A DNA stretch of 64,000 bases from NCBI GenBank assembly GCA_965223855.1, contig CBDCXM010000009.1, forward strand, positions 160,001-224,000. Direction: 5' to 3'. Shown in pieces: positions 27,976 to 38,290 of the stretch. Position 1 is the first letter of the stretch. The number at the start of each line of letters is the position of its first letter. A program made the translations under genes and the position numbers. The DNA is from Candidatus Multivoradales bacterium (GTDB lineage: Bacteria > Acidobacteriota > Thermoanaerobaculia > Multivoradales > JAHEKO01). The notes under the pieces are model-generated. The model saw only the letters and a list, made by a program, of their open reading frames with translations, searched no databases and was not told the origin of the DNA.

Positions 27976-29418
27976 CTATCCGTCGCCGGTCGGCTCGCCC
28001 AGGGCTCTAAGGGCCTCGAGCTGTTCCCGGCTCTCTTCGAAGCGCTCGAGGTCGGAGAGCACCGCGGCGTACTCCTGGCGCAGATTGGAGCTTTCGAAGC
28101 CGAGAGTGAGCGCGCGGCCGAAGGCCTCGGCCGCAGGGGGCAATCGGCCGGCGCGAGCGAGCGCACTTCCAAGCAGCGCCCACCCCTCCCCGAACCCCGG
28201 CTCCATCACGAGGAGGTGTTCCGCGGCCGTCACCGCCTCCACGGCAAGACCGGAAGCGAGAGAGAAGGAGGCGACGAGGAAAACCGCCTCCGCATCCGTC
28301 GGGTCGAGCGCCGCCGCCTTGCCCGCGGCCTTGCGGGCATCGTCGGCGCGGCCCTGAGCGTAGAGAAGCTTCGACCGCAGCACCCAGAAGCGCGGTTCCT
28401 CGTCCCCCGCCTCTCCCGCTGCGTCGAGGCGTGCCCAGGCCTCTGCCGGCTTCCCCGCAACGGCGAGCTGCTGTGCCTCGTTGAGGGTGGTGCCGAGTTC
28501 GCGCTCGAGGCGGCGCTCGCCCTGATCCCGTTCTTCGAGTTCCCGGTAGCGCTCTAGCGCCCGAGCCGCACCGTCGCCGTCCCCTTGCTGCTGGAGGGCG
28601 GCACCGAGACGGAACCAGACCTGCGCTTCGTCCGGCAGCTGCTCGCTCGCCGCTCTCAGCTGGTCGGTCGCCTCCTGCCAGCGGCCGAGCTCGCCGAGCA
28701 GTCGGCCGTACTCGAGTCGGGCGCGACCCTCGTTCGCCGCTCCGGCTTCGAGCGCACTCTCGAAGATGCCTGGCGCCTCCTCGCGGCGAGCGGGCAGTGC
28801 CGCCAGTGACAACGCGCGAACGAGGAGCACATCGCCGGACGTCGTCGGGCCCGCCACCGCCGCCAGCGCCGCCTCCGGCGCCCCCGCTGAGAGGTGGAGC
28901 AGTCCGAGCTCACGTCTCAGGGCGTCCGCCCCGGCTCCCCCGCCCACGGCTTCGAGCCCTTCCTCCAGGATCGCGATCGCCGCCTCACCGCGTCCCAGGT
29001 CACGCTCGACGAGAGCTGCCGCCAGGTGGCAGTCGAACTGAGTCGGTAGCGCCCTTCGACAGTTTGCAAGAGCCTCGAGCCCCGGGGCGACTCGCCCGCC
29101 GGCCACCAACGCGCGGCCCAGAGCGCGTTGCGCCGAGCCGTAGAAAGGCGTCCCCTCGGTCGCGAGGTCGACGGCCGCGCGCGCCGCGCGCAGAGCGGCC
29201 GCCACATCGCCCTCGCCCTCCGCCGACGCCGCCAGTCCCAACCACGCCTCGACCGAGGACGGATCCTCGGCCAGGGCACCCTCGAAATGCCGGCGCGCGG
29301 TCGGGTAGTCGCCGCGATCCAGCGCCTCGAGTCCTGTCGTCGGCTGCCCCGCGGCCGACAAGGCCGTCAGCAGACCGAGGAGCACGACGGCTACTGAGCC
29401 GAGACGAACCCGCACCAA
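27976..29418 (-). CDS. Secreted TPR-repeat protein
   Basis: Signal peptide; Ala/Leu-rich helical repeats (AWLGLA, VWFRLGAALQQQG, WALLGSALARAG). Confidence 0.8.
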   Translation of the reverse strand: MVRVRLGSVAVVLLGLLTALSAAGQPTTGLEALDRGDYPTARRHFEGALAEDPSSVEAWLGLAASAEGEGDVAAALRAARAAVDLATEGTPFYGSAQRALGRALVAGGRVAPGLEALANCRRALPTQFDCHLAAALVERDLGRGEAAIAILEEGLEAVGGGAGADALRRELGLLHLSAGAPEAALAAVAGPTTSGDVLLVRALSLAALPARREEAPGIFESALEAGAANEGRARLEYGRLLGELGRWQEATDQLRAASEQLPDEAQVWFRLGAALQQQGDGDGAARALERYRELEERDQGERRLERELGTTLNEAQQLAVAGKPAEAWARLDAAGEAGDEEPRFWVLRSKLLYAQGRADDARKAAGKAAALDPTDAEAVFLVASFSLASGLAVEAVTAAEHLLVMEPGFGEGWALLGSALARAGRLPPAAEAFGRALTLGFESSNLRQEYAAVLSDLERFEESREQLEALRALGEPTGDG

Positions 29419-29429
29419 CGCTCCGCGGA

Positions 29430-30431
29430 TCAGACCTGCCCGGAGGGGCGGAACAGCTCGTCGTGCACCCGCAGGGCGTAGCGATCGCTCATCCCGGCGA
29501 CGAAGTCGATCACCTGGAGTCGCTCGGAGGCCTCGGCGTGCTTGTAGCTGTCAGGCACCTCCTCCGGGTGCTCGAGGAAGTAGTCGACGAGGTCGCGGAT
29601 CAGCTTGACCGCCTTCTGCGCCTGGCGCTCGCTCTCCGGCCGCAGGTAGACGTTCTCGAACATGAAGTCGCGGAAGCGGTGCATCTCGCCGAGCGCCTCC
29701 TCCTCCATCGCCAGCTCACCGGCCGCGAGCGAGCCGTCGATCACGGCCCGCACCATGACGGAGATCCACTCGCCGCCCGGCTCGCCGAAGCGCGCCACCG
29801 CGCTCTGCGGGATGTCGGAACGATCGAGGATGCCGGCGCGCATGGCGTCGAACATGTCGTGCACCAGGTAGGCGATGCGGTCGGCGAACCGGCAGATCCC
29901 CCCTTCCGGCGTCGCCGGGCCCGGATCGATCTTCCAGGTATGGGCGCGGATGCCGTCGAGCACCTCCCACGAGAGGTTCAACGGCTCGAGGACGTCCAAG
30001 ACCCGCACGCTCTGCTCGGCGTGCAGCCACTCCCCGTCGACGTAGGGGGAGAGGGCCACTTCGCCGGTGTGGCCGAACGGCGGGTGGCCGACCTCGTGGC
30101 CGAGGCAGATCGCCTCCGCCAGTGGCTCGTTGAGCCCCAGCGCCACCGCAAGGGAACGACCGATCTGGGTCACCTGCAGGGTGTGGGTCAACCGGGTGAC
30201 GAAGTGATCGCCCTCCGGATTGATGAAGACCTGAGTCTTGTGCTTCAGGCGCCGGAACGACTTGGAGTGGTAGATGCGGTCGCGGTCGCGCTCGAACGCG
30301 GTCCGCACCGGGTCCGGCTCCTCGGCCTCGCGGCGACCCCTGGAGTCGGCGGCGCGTGTGGCGCTCGGTGCCAGCAGCTCACGCTCCAGTTGCTCTCTGT
30401 TCTCCCGCGTCCGGTACAGAAACTCACTCAC
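29430..30431 (-). CDS. dGTP triphosphohydrolase-like HD-domain protein (short form)
   Basis: RTAFERDRDRIYHSKSFRRLKHKTQVF, TRLTHTLQV, GHEVGHPPFGHTGE, ADRIAYLVHD, DFVAGMSDRYA; GTG start overlapping the phnE stop. Confidence 0.88.
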   Translation of the reverse strand: MSEFLYRTRENREQLERELLAPSATRAADSRGRREAEEPDPVRTAFERDRDRIYHSKSFRRLKHKTQVFINPEGDHFVTRLTHTLQVTQIGRSLAVALGLNEPLAEAICLGHEVGHPPFGHTGEVALSPYVDGEWLHAEQSVRVLDVLEPLNLSWEVLDGIRAHTWKIDPGPATPEGGICRFADRIAYLVHDMFDAMRAGILDRSDIPQSAVARFGEPGGEWISVMVRAVIDGSLAAGELAMEEEALGEMHRFRDFMFENVYLRPESERQAQKAVKLIRDLVDYFLEHPEEVPDSYKHAEASERLQVIDFVAGMSDRYALRVHDELFRPSGQV

Positions 30432-31209
30432 GAACCAATCTCTCCCGAATCGACCCCGACAGCGCGTCGACCGCAAGCACGACGAGGACGGTCACGACGA
30501 CAACTGCTCCAGCCTGTGCGAACTCGCGGTAGCGCAGAGTGTTGAGGAGGACACCGCCGATCCCGCCGGCGCCGACCACCCCGAGGACCGCCGAGGCGCG
30601 CAGATTGATCTCGAAGCGGAAGAGCCAGATCGCGACGATCTCCGCCATCACCTGCGGCAGGACGGCGAACCGTAGCACGGAGAGCGAGCCCCCTCCAGAG
30701 GCGGTCACCGCCTCGACCGGGCGGGCATCCATCGACTCGACGACGTCTGCCGTCAGCTTGCCGAGGGTGCCCACGGAGTGGAGGCCGACCGCAAGGGTTC
30801 CGGCGAAGGCGCCCAGACCGACGACCGGCACGAAGTAGATCGCCAGCAGGATCTCCGGCACGGCGCGAATCATCGCCAGTACCGGCTTGAGCAACCGGGA
30901 GAGACGCGGGAAGAGATTGCTCGCCGCCGCCAGCCCTAGCGGCAGACTCAGCGCCGCACCGACGATGGTGCCGAACCAGGCGATCTGGATCGACTCGAGA
31001 ATCGCCGGCACGACCGACTGACGGCCGTACTCGACGTCCGGGGGGAAGAAGAGGCCGGCGAGGCGCGCCAGCGTCTTCGGCAGGCCGGCGAGCCGCCTGC
31101 CGTCGATGTCGAGACCCGCGGCCGCCCACAGCATGAGGCCGAGAAGCACCACGCCGAGCCAGACGCTCGCAGGAATGCCGCGCCGCCGCGGGATCGCCGT
31201 CGTGCTCAC
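30424..31209 (-). CDS. phnE: Phosphonate/phosphate ABC transporter permease
   Basis: ILESIQIAWFGT, RAVPEILLA, FRFEINLRASAVLGVVGAGGIG; GTG start at 31209. Confidence 0.88.
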   Translation of the reverse strand: MSTTAIPRRRGIPASVWLGVVLLGLMLWAAAGLDIDGRRLAGLPKTLARLAGLFFPPDVEYGRQSVVPAILESIQIAWFGTIVGAALSLPLGLAAASNLFPRLSRLLKPVLAMIRAVPEILLAIYFVPVVGLGAFAGTLAVGLHSVGTLGKLTADVVESMDARPVEAVTASGGGSLSVLRFAVLPQVMAEIVAIWLFRFEINLRASAVLGVVGAGGIGGVLLNTLRYREFAQAGAVVVVTVLVVLAVDALSGSIRERLVRE

Positions 31210-32003
31210 ACCAGCCTCCGCCGCGCCGCCGCCGAAAGCTGCTCGATCACCAGCACGACGAGGAAGACGAACAGCACGATCATCGTCACCCGGTCGTACT
31301 GGAAGGTCGTCCGCTGCGTGTTGAGCACCATGCCGATTCCGCCGGCGCCGACGAGGCCGAGGACGGTCGAGGCGCGCACGTTGAGTTCGAAGGCGTAGAG
31401 AACGTAGGAGACGTACTGCGGCAGGAACTGCGGGTAACCCGAGAAGCGCACCATCTCTAGCCAGTTGCCGCCGCTCGCCCGCACCGCCTCGGTGAGCTTC
31501 ATGTCGATCGACTCGATCGACTCGGCGGTGAGCTTCGAGACCACCGCGACGGTGAAGACGATCAGGGCGAGACTGCCGGCGAACGGGCCGAAGCCGACGG
31601 CGCTGGCGAAGAGCATCGCCCAGAACAGATCGGGCATCGTCCGCAACACGTTCATGACGTTGCGGTGGAACCAGAAGAGCGGCTTCGACGGCGAGAGGTT
31701 GCGCGCAGCGAGGATCGCCAGCGGCAGCGCTACGAGACTCCCCAGGATCGTGCCGATGACGGCGATCTGGAGCGTCTCGATGAACGGCCCGATGAGCCGC
31801 GGCCAGAAGTTCCAGGCGGGCGGGAACGACTCGGCGATCAGGCGATCCATCTTGCCGAGGTTGCCGAAGAGCTCCGTGAACGAGAAGCCGATGCCGCGCG
31901 CCGACCAGACCGTCAGGGCGCCCAGAACCAGCGCCGCCAGCGACGCGGCCGCCCAACGGCGGGTGCGGTCCGGCGGCTGCGGGCGGGAGTTCGACTCGCT
32001 CAC
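31206..32003 (-). CDS. phnE: Phosphonate/phosphate ABC transporter permease
   Basis: FIETLQIAVIGT, RTMPDLFWA, YAFELNVRASTVLGLVGAGGIG. Confidence 0.9.
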   Translation of the reverse strand: MSESNSRPQPPDRTRRWAAASLAALVLGALTVWSARGIGFSFTELFGNLGKMDRLIAESFPPAWNFWPRLIGPFIETLQIAVIGTILGSLVALPLAILAARNLSPSKPLFWFHRNVMNVLRTMPDLFWAMLFASAVGFGPFAGSLALIVFTVAVVSKLTAESIESIDMKLTEAVRASGGNWLEMVRFSGYPQFLPQYVSYVLYAFELNVRASTVLGLVGAGGIGMVLNTQRTTFQYDRVTMIVLFVFLVVLVIEQLSAAARRRLV

Positions 32004-32017
32004 GTCGAGAGGCCGGG

Positions 32018-32815
32018 CTAGAGTGCTACCTGAGCTTCGAGGACATCGTCGGCGGTCATCGTGCGACCGTAGATCTCGGAGAAATCGTCCTCCGAAACGT
32101 CGGCCCCTGCTCCGTCGTAAACCAACCGGCCCTGCCTGAGCCCGACGATCCTCTGCGCATACTGCTTCGCCAGATCGAGGAAGTGGAGGTTGATCAGGGT
32201 CGTGATTCCCAGCTCCTCGTTGATCCGCTGCAGATCGGACATCACCTCGTGCGAGGTCACCGGATCGAGGGAGGCGACCGGCTCGTCGGCGAGGATCACC
32301 TCGGGTTTCTGCGCCAGCGCGCGGGCGATCCCGACCCGCTGCTGCTGTCCCCCCGACAGCTGTGAAGCCTTGACGTAGGCGCGATCGACGAGCCCGACCC
32401 GCTGGAGCGATTCGAGAGCCAGTTCGATGTCCTCACGCGGCCACAGCCCGAGCATCTGCCGCCAGGTCGGCACCTTGGCGACGCGGCCGATGAGGACGTT
32501 CGAGAGCACCGTGAGGCGACGCACCAGACGATAGTCCTGAAAGATCATGCCGACGCTCGCACGAAGTTCGCGCAGCGCTCCCCCGCGAGCCGAACGGACG
32601 CTCCTCCCACCGACCTCGACGTCGCCGCCGGTGATCTGAACGAGTCCGTTGATCGCCCTCAGCATCGTCGACTTGCCGGCGCCGGAAAGGCCGACGATCA
32701 CGATCCGATCGCCGCGCGGGATGTCGAGGTCGAACTCGTCCAGCCCCTTGACGCCGTTCGGGTAGACGACGGATGTGCGGCGAAAGCTGATCGCCGGCCG
32801 TGCTTCGCCGCCCAT
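32018..32815 (-). CDS. phnC: Phosphonate ABC transporter ATP-binding protein
   Basis: GLSGAGKST, LSGGQQQRVGIARAL, ILADEPVASLDP, INLH; ATG at 32815. Confidence 0.9.
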   Translation of the reverse strand: MGGEARPAISFRRTSVVYPNGVKGLDEFDLDIPRGDRIVIVGLSGAGKSTMLRAINGLVQITGGDVEVGGRSVRSARGGALRELRASVGMIFQDYRLVRRLTVLSNVLIGRVAKVPTWRQMLGLWPREDIELALESLQRVGLVDRAYVKASQLSGGQQQRVGIARALAQKPEVILADEPVASLDPVTSHEVMSDLQRINEELGITTLINLHFLDLAKQYAQRIVGLRQGRLVYDGAGADVSEDDFSEIYGRTMTADDVLEAQVAL

Positions 32816-33744
32816 CAGCCGTCGAGATCGATCTTGTCGCGCATCTGCTCGAAGGCGCGCTTGACCGGATCGTAGGTGCCCTCGTCGAACTCGACGAAGC
32901 CGTCGATCTCGTAGAGCTTGTAGAGCATCCGATCGGTCTGGGCGATACCCGCCTCCTCGCGCGTCAGCTTGAGAAACGCCTGCTTGATGCGCTCCTTCAC
33001 CTCTTCGTCGAGATCGCCCCTCACCTGCACACCATCGTTGGGAATCCAGTCGGAGTAGTTGAACGGCAGAACCTGGGTGCCGATCTCCGGATACTCCTCC
33101 AGAATGTAGGTCCGGGCGTCGTCGTAGGCGGCGGCGATCTCGACGTCCCCGTTGAGCACGGCGATCACCGCGGCGTCGTGGCTGCCGACGAAGACACTCT
33201 GGATGTCCTCCTCGGGGTTGATGCCGGCGTCGATGAGCTGGAGCGCCGGGAAGAGGTAGCCGGAGGTGCTCGTCGGATCGGTGAAGCCGACGGTGCGGCC
33301 GCGCAGCTTCTGGATCGACGCCACGCATTCCATCAGCCCGTTGAGCCGCTCGGTCGGCGGCTCCTCGCAGAACTCGGGGTCGGCCGTCATCCACTGCGCA
33401 CGGTACTGCGCATGGCCGTCGCGAACCGAGATCAGGATCGTCTCGATGCCGTAGCGCTCGAAGCCGAGCATGCCGGCGAAGGGTGGCAGCATTCCGATGT
33501 CCGCCCTGCCGCTGCCGAGCGCCTCGATCAGGCCGGTGTAGTCCTGCGGTACGAAGCTCTCGACGGCGATCCCCAACTCTGCCGACAGGTACTCCTCGAG
33601 CGGCTTGAGGTTGTCGATCAGCTTGTCGGCCTCGAGGGCGGGAACAAGGCCCAGGACCAGCTTCTGAGCTTCCTCGGGCGCTCCGCCGGAAGAGCAACCG
33701 GCGAGGGCGCAGAGCAAGCAGACTAGGGCGGCACAGCGTCTCAT
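32815..33744 (-). CDS. phnD: Phosphate/phosphite/phosphonate ABC substrate-binding lipoprotein
   Basis: Lipobox LAGC; DYTGLIEAL; FTDPTSTSGYLFP; GSHDAAVIAVLNG; IPND. Confidence 0.88.
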   Translation of the reverse strand: MRRCAALVCLLCALAGCSSGGAPEEAQKLVLGLVPALEADKLIDNLKPLEEYLSAELGIAVESFVPQDYTGLIEALGSGRADIGMLPPFAGMLGFERYGIETILISVRDGHAQYRAQWMTADPEFCEEPPTERLNGLMECVASIQKLRGRTVGFTDPTSTSGYLFPALQLIDAGINPEEDIQSVFVGSHDAAVIAVLNGDVEIAAAYDDARTYILEEYPEIGTQVLPFNYSDWIPNDGVQVRGDLDEEVKERIKQAFLKLTREEAGIAQTDRMLYKLYEIDGFVEFDEGTYDPVKRAFEQMRDKIDLDG

Positions 33745-33809
33745 TTGGCCTCGCTTCGTCTCAGATGTCGGGATCACGGCGGCACGGTCAGCATACCAGC
33801 GCCGTTGTG

Positions 33810-34754
33810 TCAGTCGTGCGACGAAACGGGCGCGGCTATGTCCTCTCGGCAAGCGACCAGCTCACCACCGGGGCCGATCCGTCGCATCCAGCCGGCGAGT
33901 TCGATCTCGCTCGAACGGTGCCACGCCCACCTATAGAGCGAGCCGACGAAATCGACCGAGCGACGGTAGCGATCCCGCGCGAAAGTTCGCAGCTCGCTCG
34001 ACCACATCCCGCCCTCATCGAGAGCTGCGAGCGCCACCTCGAGCTCGTAGACCTCATCGACCCGCGCGAAGCTCGCGAGGAACTCCGCTCGGACCGCCGG
34101 CCACAGCTCCTCGAAGAGCTCGAGGGTCGCCGGGCCCGTAGGAGGCTCGAAGCCTGGCGCCTCGAACAGCCCGTCGACGTGCCCGTGGATGCCCGTCCCC
34201 GGAGAGTTGCCTTCGGCCGTGGCACGGCCGTTGTAGTGAATCGTCGTGTGGAGCGGCTGCACCATGTCGGAGGCGTAGTGGGCGAGAATCCCCGCGTAGA
34301 CGAGCGTCTTCGCCTGCACGTGGGGATCGGCTGGCCAGCAGCGATGCTCGGCGAAGACCAGCGCCAGCCGCTCGGCGTTCTCCGCCACCGCCCACGGCAC
34401 CAGCCCGACTCGCGTCGGGTCGAGCCCGGCCTCGACGAGCTTGCCGAGATAGTCGTAGCGCAAGCCGTCCAGAGCCGACTGACCGCCGACTGGATCGAGC
34501 AGCTCGAGGTCGAGGTAGTGCTCCGGCGACTCGCGATGCCGCAGGAGAGGCGCCTCCCGCTCCTTCATCACGTCCGGGTCGATCGCCGAGTGGCCGATCG
34601 CGTCGGCCCCCCAGCGGAAGTACTCCGGCACGTCTCCCAGCTGCGCGAGCGCGGCGGCCCTGGCGACGTCGAAGTGACCACGGCTGTTCCAGGCGTCGGC
34701 GGCTCCGGCGACCGCGCAGCAGACTCCGAAGACCAGCGCTCTCGGCAGTCGCAT
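33810..34754 (-). CDS. Secreted S1/P1 nuclease / Zn-dependent phospholipase C-like protein
   Basis: Signal peptide ending ADA, then mature N-terminal WNSRGH; HYLDLE; LAHYASDMVQPLHTT; GIHGHVD. Confidence 0.8.
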   Translation of the reverse strand: MRLPRALVFGVCCAVAGAADAWNSRGHFDVARAAALAQLGDVPEYFRWGADAIGHSAIDPDVMKEREAPLLRHRESPEHYLDLELLDPVGGQSALDGLRYDYLGKLVEAGLDPTRVGLVPWAVAENAERLALVFAEHRCWPADPHVQAKTLVYAGILAHYASDMVQPLHTTIHYNGRATAEGNSPGTGIHGHVDGLFEAPGFEPPTGPATLELFEELWPAVRAEFLASFARVDEVYELEVALAALDEGGMWSSELRTFARDRYRRSVDFVGSLYRWAWHRSSEIELAGWMRRIGPGGELVACREDIAAPVSSHD

Positions 34755-34756
34755 CG

Positions 34757-35479
34757 TCAGGGCACCCGATAGAACGGGTTGGGGAGCTTGAAGGTCTTCT
34801 CGGCGCAGCAGCCGGCGAGATCGCTCTCCTGGTCTCCGATGCTGGCGATGATCGTGTACCCCTCACTCTCGATCTCCCGGCGGGTGCGGGTCTTGAAGAC
34901 CGAGGCCGAAGCCTCGCCGTCGTCGCGCGGCCTCAGATAGAGCCGCTGCCACTCCCCGACTCCGACCTCGCGCAGGTTCTTCTCGGTCGCCGAGCGCTGA
35001 TCCTCGTGGCGGCCCGTGATGAAGAAGATCGCCACGCCGTTCTCGCGCGCCGCCCGGTAGAGCGGCTCGATGCCGGGTGCGATCGGTGCCTCAGCGGCCT
35101 GGACCCAGGCGTCGAAGGTGTCCGGGTCGTAGCGGAAGCGCTGCTCTCTCTGGTAGGGCCAGTTCAAGAGGGTCGTCTCGTCGATATCGAGGACCAGCGC
35201 CGGTCGCTCGACCCGCGTAGCCCTGCGCTCGATCCACCGTCGCGCCCGGGCGTGGACGGCTTCGAGGTCGGCGCCGTAGCGCCCCGAATCGCCGTACTCG
35301 AGTAAAGCATCCTGCACCGCGGGGAGATCGGGCGGCATCGAGGCCGTGCATCCGCCGCTCCCGAGTCCGATCGGCAGCAGACCGACCACGACCAGCCAGC
35401 CGGCAGCCACCCGACGCCGGTGCGTGCGGCACTGCCTCACCCTCTTTGAGCTCCGACTGCTGTCTTCTCTGTCTGTCAC
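34757..35479 (-). CDS. HAD-superfamily acid phosphatase (Acid_phosphat_B type), predicted lipoprotein
   Basis: LVLDIDETTL, FFITGR, ASIGDQESDL, KTFKLPNPFY; start position uncertain. Confidence 0.88.
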   Translation of the reverse strand: MTDREDSSRSSKRVRQCRTHRRRVAAGWLVVVGLLPIGLGSGGCTASMPPDLPAVQDALLEYGDSGRYGADLEAVHARARRWIERRATRVERPALVLDIDETTLLNWPYQREQRFRYDPDTFDAWVQAAEAPIAPGIEPLYRAARENGVAIFFITGRHEDQRSATEKNLREVGVGEWQRLYLRPRDDGEASASVFKTRTRREIESEGYTIIASIGDQESDLAGCCAEKTFKLPNPFYRVP

Positions 35480-37173
35480 TGAGACAACTCCCTGTAGCCC
35501 GCGTCGCGCCGGGCTCGTTCCAGAACTTCCTCCAGCGCCCGACCCCGGTGTCTTCTCAGCAGGCTCGCCCGCACGCGCGGCTCCGCCTCCTCGAAGCTCG
35601 CCTGGCGGATCGGCTTCGTATCGTCCAACCTTACGACGAACACCCCTGTCGGCCGATAGCGCCCTTCCTCGCGGTCGTAGACCTCACCGAGGAAGGGCGC
35701 CGAGATCTCACCCACCGCCAGCCCGTCGAGTCGCGCGGCGCCGCGCCCGGGAATCTGCGCCGCCAGCTCCTCGTCCGTCAGATCGGTCAGCCGCCCGCCG
35801 CTCTCGTAGGTCCAGTGCTGCGAGTGCTCCTTCGCCACCGCCGCGAAGTCGCGACCTTCCCGAATCTCCTGCACCAACCCGGCCGCTCGCGTCACGGTCG
35901 CCCACATCTCCCTCGGCTCGGCGCTCAGGTAGACGAGCGAGATCGAGCGGCGCCGGGGACGCTCGTAGCGAGCCCTGCCCCGCTCGTAGTGCTCGCGCAA
36001 CGCCTGGACGTCGAGAGCGGCGGCCCACTCCTCGAGGGCGAGCTCGATCGCCCTGGCTCGCGCCGCGACGACGCCCCTTCGATCGAGGGCCTGGAGCTCC
36101 TCGATGTCGAGTTCGGACTCCTCCGCGACCAATAGCAGGTCGAGGGCCATCCGATCGAGTCGCTCCTCGATCGGTCCGAAGTCACGGGCGACCAGGTGCA
36201 GAAGCTCCGGACCCCTCAGCTCCCGCCGGAGCCGGCCCAGAGTCACCTCCTGTCCGGCCGCCCGGAGGAGCACGGTCGCTTCTCGCGCCGTCCGGTCCCT
36301 CAGCCTGGAGTAGAAGCGCTCGAGCCCGTGCTGCTCGGCCGCCGCAATCCGGAACTCCTCCTCCAGTCGATGGAGGCGCTCCTGCCTCACTTTCGCGCGC
36401 ACCGCCTCTTCGACCTCCTCCAAGGGACGGCTCGTCGCGGGAACCCGCGTTTCGAGGCGGGCGAGATGAAAGCCGCTGTCGGACTCCACGATCCGGCTGA
36501 TCTGCCCCTCCCGCAGACCCCAGACCTCACGCATGAAGCTGTCGATCGCCGGCGCCCCTCGCTCGAGGGCCATCCATCCGCCGGCCTCCCGATCCGCGGA
36601 GTCCGAATAGCGCCGGGCCAACTCACCGAAGTCGTGCCCCTGCTCCGCCAGCCGGCGGATCTGTTCGAGCCTCACCCGCAACATCTGCCGCTGATCCACC
36701 TCTTCGCGGGTCGGATCGACACCGAGAAAGATGTGCTGGAGACGCAGGGTCTCCGGCCGCGAGAACGCCTCCGGGTGGGCGTCGTAGTAGGAGCGAATCT
36801 CGTCCTCCGTGACCGCGAGCCGCTCCCACCCCCGGCGCGCCCGCAGCGCTTCGATCCGATAGGACTCTTCTGCACGACGGGCGGCGGCCAGGACCTCGGG
36901 GTGATCTGCCTTCGACAGAGCGACGATCTTCCTGCCGGCGAGCTCCCGCAGCAGCGCCGTGCGCTGCTCGGCCGAGGGTCGTCTCGATCCGAGTCGCTCG
37001 CGCGCCCAACGCTGCAGCTCGATCCGGGATACCGCGCCGCCTTCGAAGACCGCGAGGTCGTCCTCGGGCGCCTTCCTGCCGACAGCGTCGCAACCGTGAA
37101 GGAGTAGCAAGGCGACGAGGCAGATTCGAGCGCGATGGCTGTGCGGCTCGCTCCACCCGCGGGCGGTGTTCAT
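35476..37173 (-). CDS. Parvulin-type peptidyl-prolyl isomerase lipoprotein (two PpiC domains, SurA/PrsA-like)
   Basis: LLHGC lipobox; LQHIFL...DFGELARRYSD...GG; DFAAVAKEHSQ...GGRL. Confidence 0.8.
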   Translation of the reverse strand: MNTARGWSEPHSHRARICLVALLLLHGCDAVGRKAPEDDLAVFEGGAVSRIELQRWARERLGSRRPSAEQRTALLRELAGRKIVALSKADHPEVLAAARRAEESYRIEALRARRGWERLAVTEDEIRSYYDAHPEAFSRPETLRLQHIFLGVDPTREEVDQRQMLRVRLEQIRRLAEQGHDFGELARRYSDSADREAGGWMALERGAPAIDSFMREVWGLREGQISRIVESDSGFHLARLETRVPATSRPLEEVEEAVRAKVRQERLHRLEEEFRIAAAEQHGLERFYSRLRDRTAREATVLLRAAGQEVTLGRLRRELRGPELLHLVARDFGPIEERLDRMALDLLLVAEESELDIEELQALDRRGVVAARARAIELALEEWAAALDVQALREHYERGRARYERPRRRSISLVYLSAEPREMWATVTRAAGLVQEIREGRDFAAVAKEHSQHWTYESGGRLTDLTDEELAAQIPGRGAARLDGLAVGEISAPFLGEVYDREEGRYRPTGVFVVRLDDTKPIRQASFEEAEPRVRASLLRRHRGRALEEVLERARRDAGYRELSQ

Positions 37174-37177
37174 GGCG

Positions 37178-38290
37178 TCAGTCTACGCGCTTCGACGCGA
37201 GCTCGGAGGGAAGAGCCAGCCACAGCAACTGGCTGCGCTGTGCGGCGGGGTTGAAGTTGTCGTCCGCCACGAGCAGGAGGGTCGATCGACCGTCCTCGAG
37301 CGTCGGCCCCCAGGTGAGACCCTCGAGATTGTCCGGGCTCACGCCGAGATCGGCGAGATCGACCAATAGCGACTTGGCCGCGGAGCGTGTCGCCCGCCGC
37401 CCGAGCCGGCGCCGGCGCCGGACGTTCTCGGCCGCAGCGAGATCGACGACGAACAGCCGCACGGTGTTGCCGACGCCTGCGGTGTACGAGCGCTCGAGCG
37501 ACAACAGACGGTCTCCTCCCAGAGCCAGCAGCTCGACCAGGCCGTTGACGGCAAATCCGTCGCCGACAGGAGCCACGGCCAGGGGCTCGATCTCGTATAC
37601 GAACGCCGCGTCGGGGCGCCCCCGGGCAGCGTCGTAGCGCACCACTCGAACCCGACTTCCCGCCGTTGCGGAGGCGACGTCGCCGTCCTGTTCGAGCGCG
37701 CTCTCGGTCGCCGTGTAGAGCCAGCGGCCCCCGGGCGAAAGGGTGACGCTCTCGAGAGCGAGGTTGTGTCTCGGGCCCCGCCGCCCGGGCCGGCGTCCCG
37801 GGCGCAGCCAGCGGGGGAGTCTCAACTCGCCCCGGAGGCGGCCGCCCTGATCGAACTCGAGCAACGCCGGCCGGACGCCGTCGCGGATCTGGCCCTCGGA
37901 GGCCAGCCACCAACCGTCGGACATCGCTGCCAGCCCCTCGGGATCGAGCGTGCCCCTCTCGATCGCTCGACCGTCCCGATCGGTCAGCAGGACCGCTTCG
38001 ATCACGACCACGTCTCCCTCGTCGAGCCGACCGTCCCCGACGTCGAGCTCCATTCGGTAGAAGCGCGGAGGGGCGTGGGTGCCAGGGTCGTCGGACAGGG
38101 CGACGATCTCGCCTCGGGCCTCGTCGTAGACGAGCGCCGAGAGACCGCCGATCGGACCGACGACACCGTCTGCCAACCGTGGGATCGTCGCCTCTCCCAG
38201 CCACTCCAGTACGGGCTCGCCCGCCCCCGTCGCCACCGCCGCGGCGGCCAGGACGAGCGCTACGACCGTCGAGCGAAGCCGCCGCTTCAC
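37178..38290 (-). CDS. Phytase-like (esterase-like activity of phytase) secreted beta-propeller
   Basis: IGGLSALVYD, ALSDD, DPEGLA, ASEG, HNLALESVT, LERSY, DNLEGLTWGP, VADDNFN; GTG start at 38290. Confidence 0.85.
   Translation of the reverse strand: MKRRLRSTVVALVLAAAAVATGAGEPVLEWLGEATIPRLADGVVGPIGGLSALVYDEARGEIVALSDDPGTHAPPRFYRMELDVGDGRLDEGDVVVIEAVLLTDRDGRAIERGTLDPEGLAAMSDGWWLASEGQIRDGVRPALLEFDQGGRLRGELRLPRWLRPGRRPGRRGPRHNLALESVTLSPGGRWLYTATESALEQDGDVASATAGSRVRVVRYDAARGRPDAAFVYEIEPLAVAPVGDGFAVNGLVELLALGGDRLLSLERSYTAGVGNTVRLFVVDLAAAENVRRRRRLGRRATRSAAKSLLVDLADLGVSPDNLEGLTWGPTLEDGRSTLLLVADDNFNPAAQRSQLLWLALPSELASKRVD

Noticed and set aside
30424-33697. Extended ORF-track versions of phnE (to 31956) and phnC (to 33697)
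   Set aside because: The extensions overlap neighbouring phn genes out of frame; coupled starts at 31209 and 32815 fit the family lengths.
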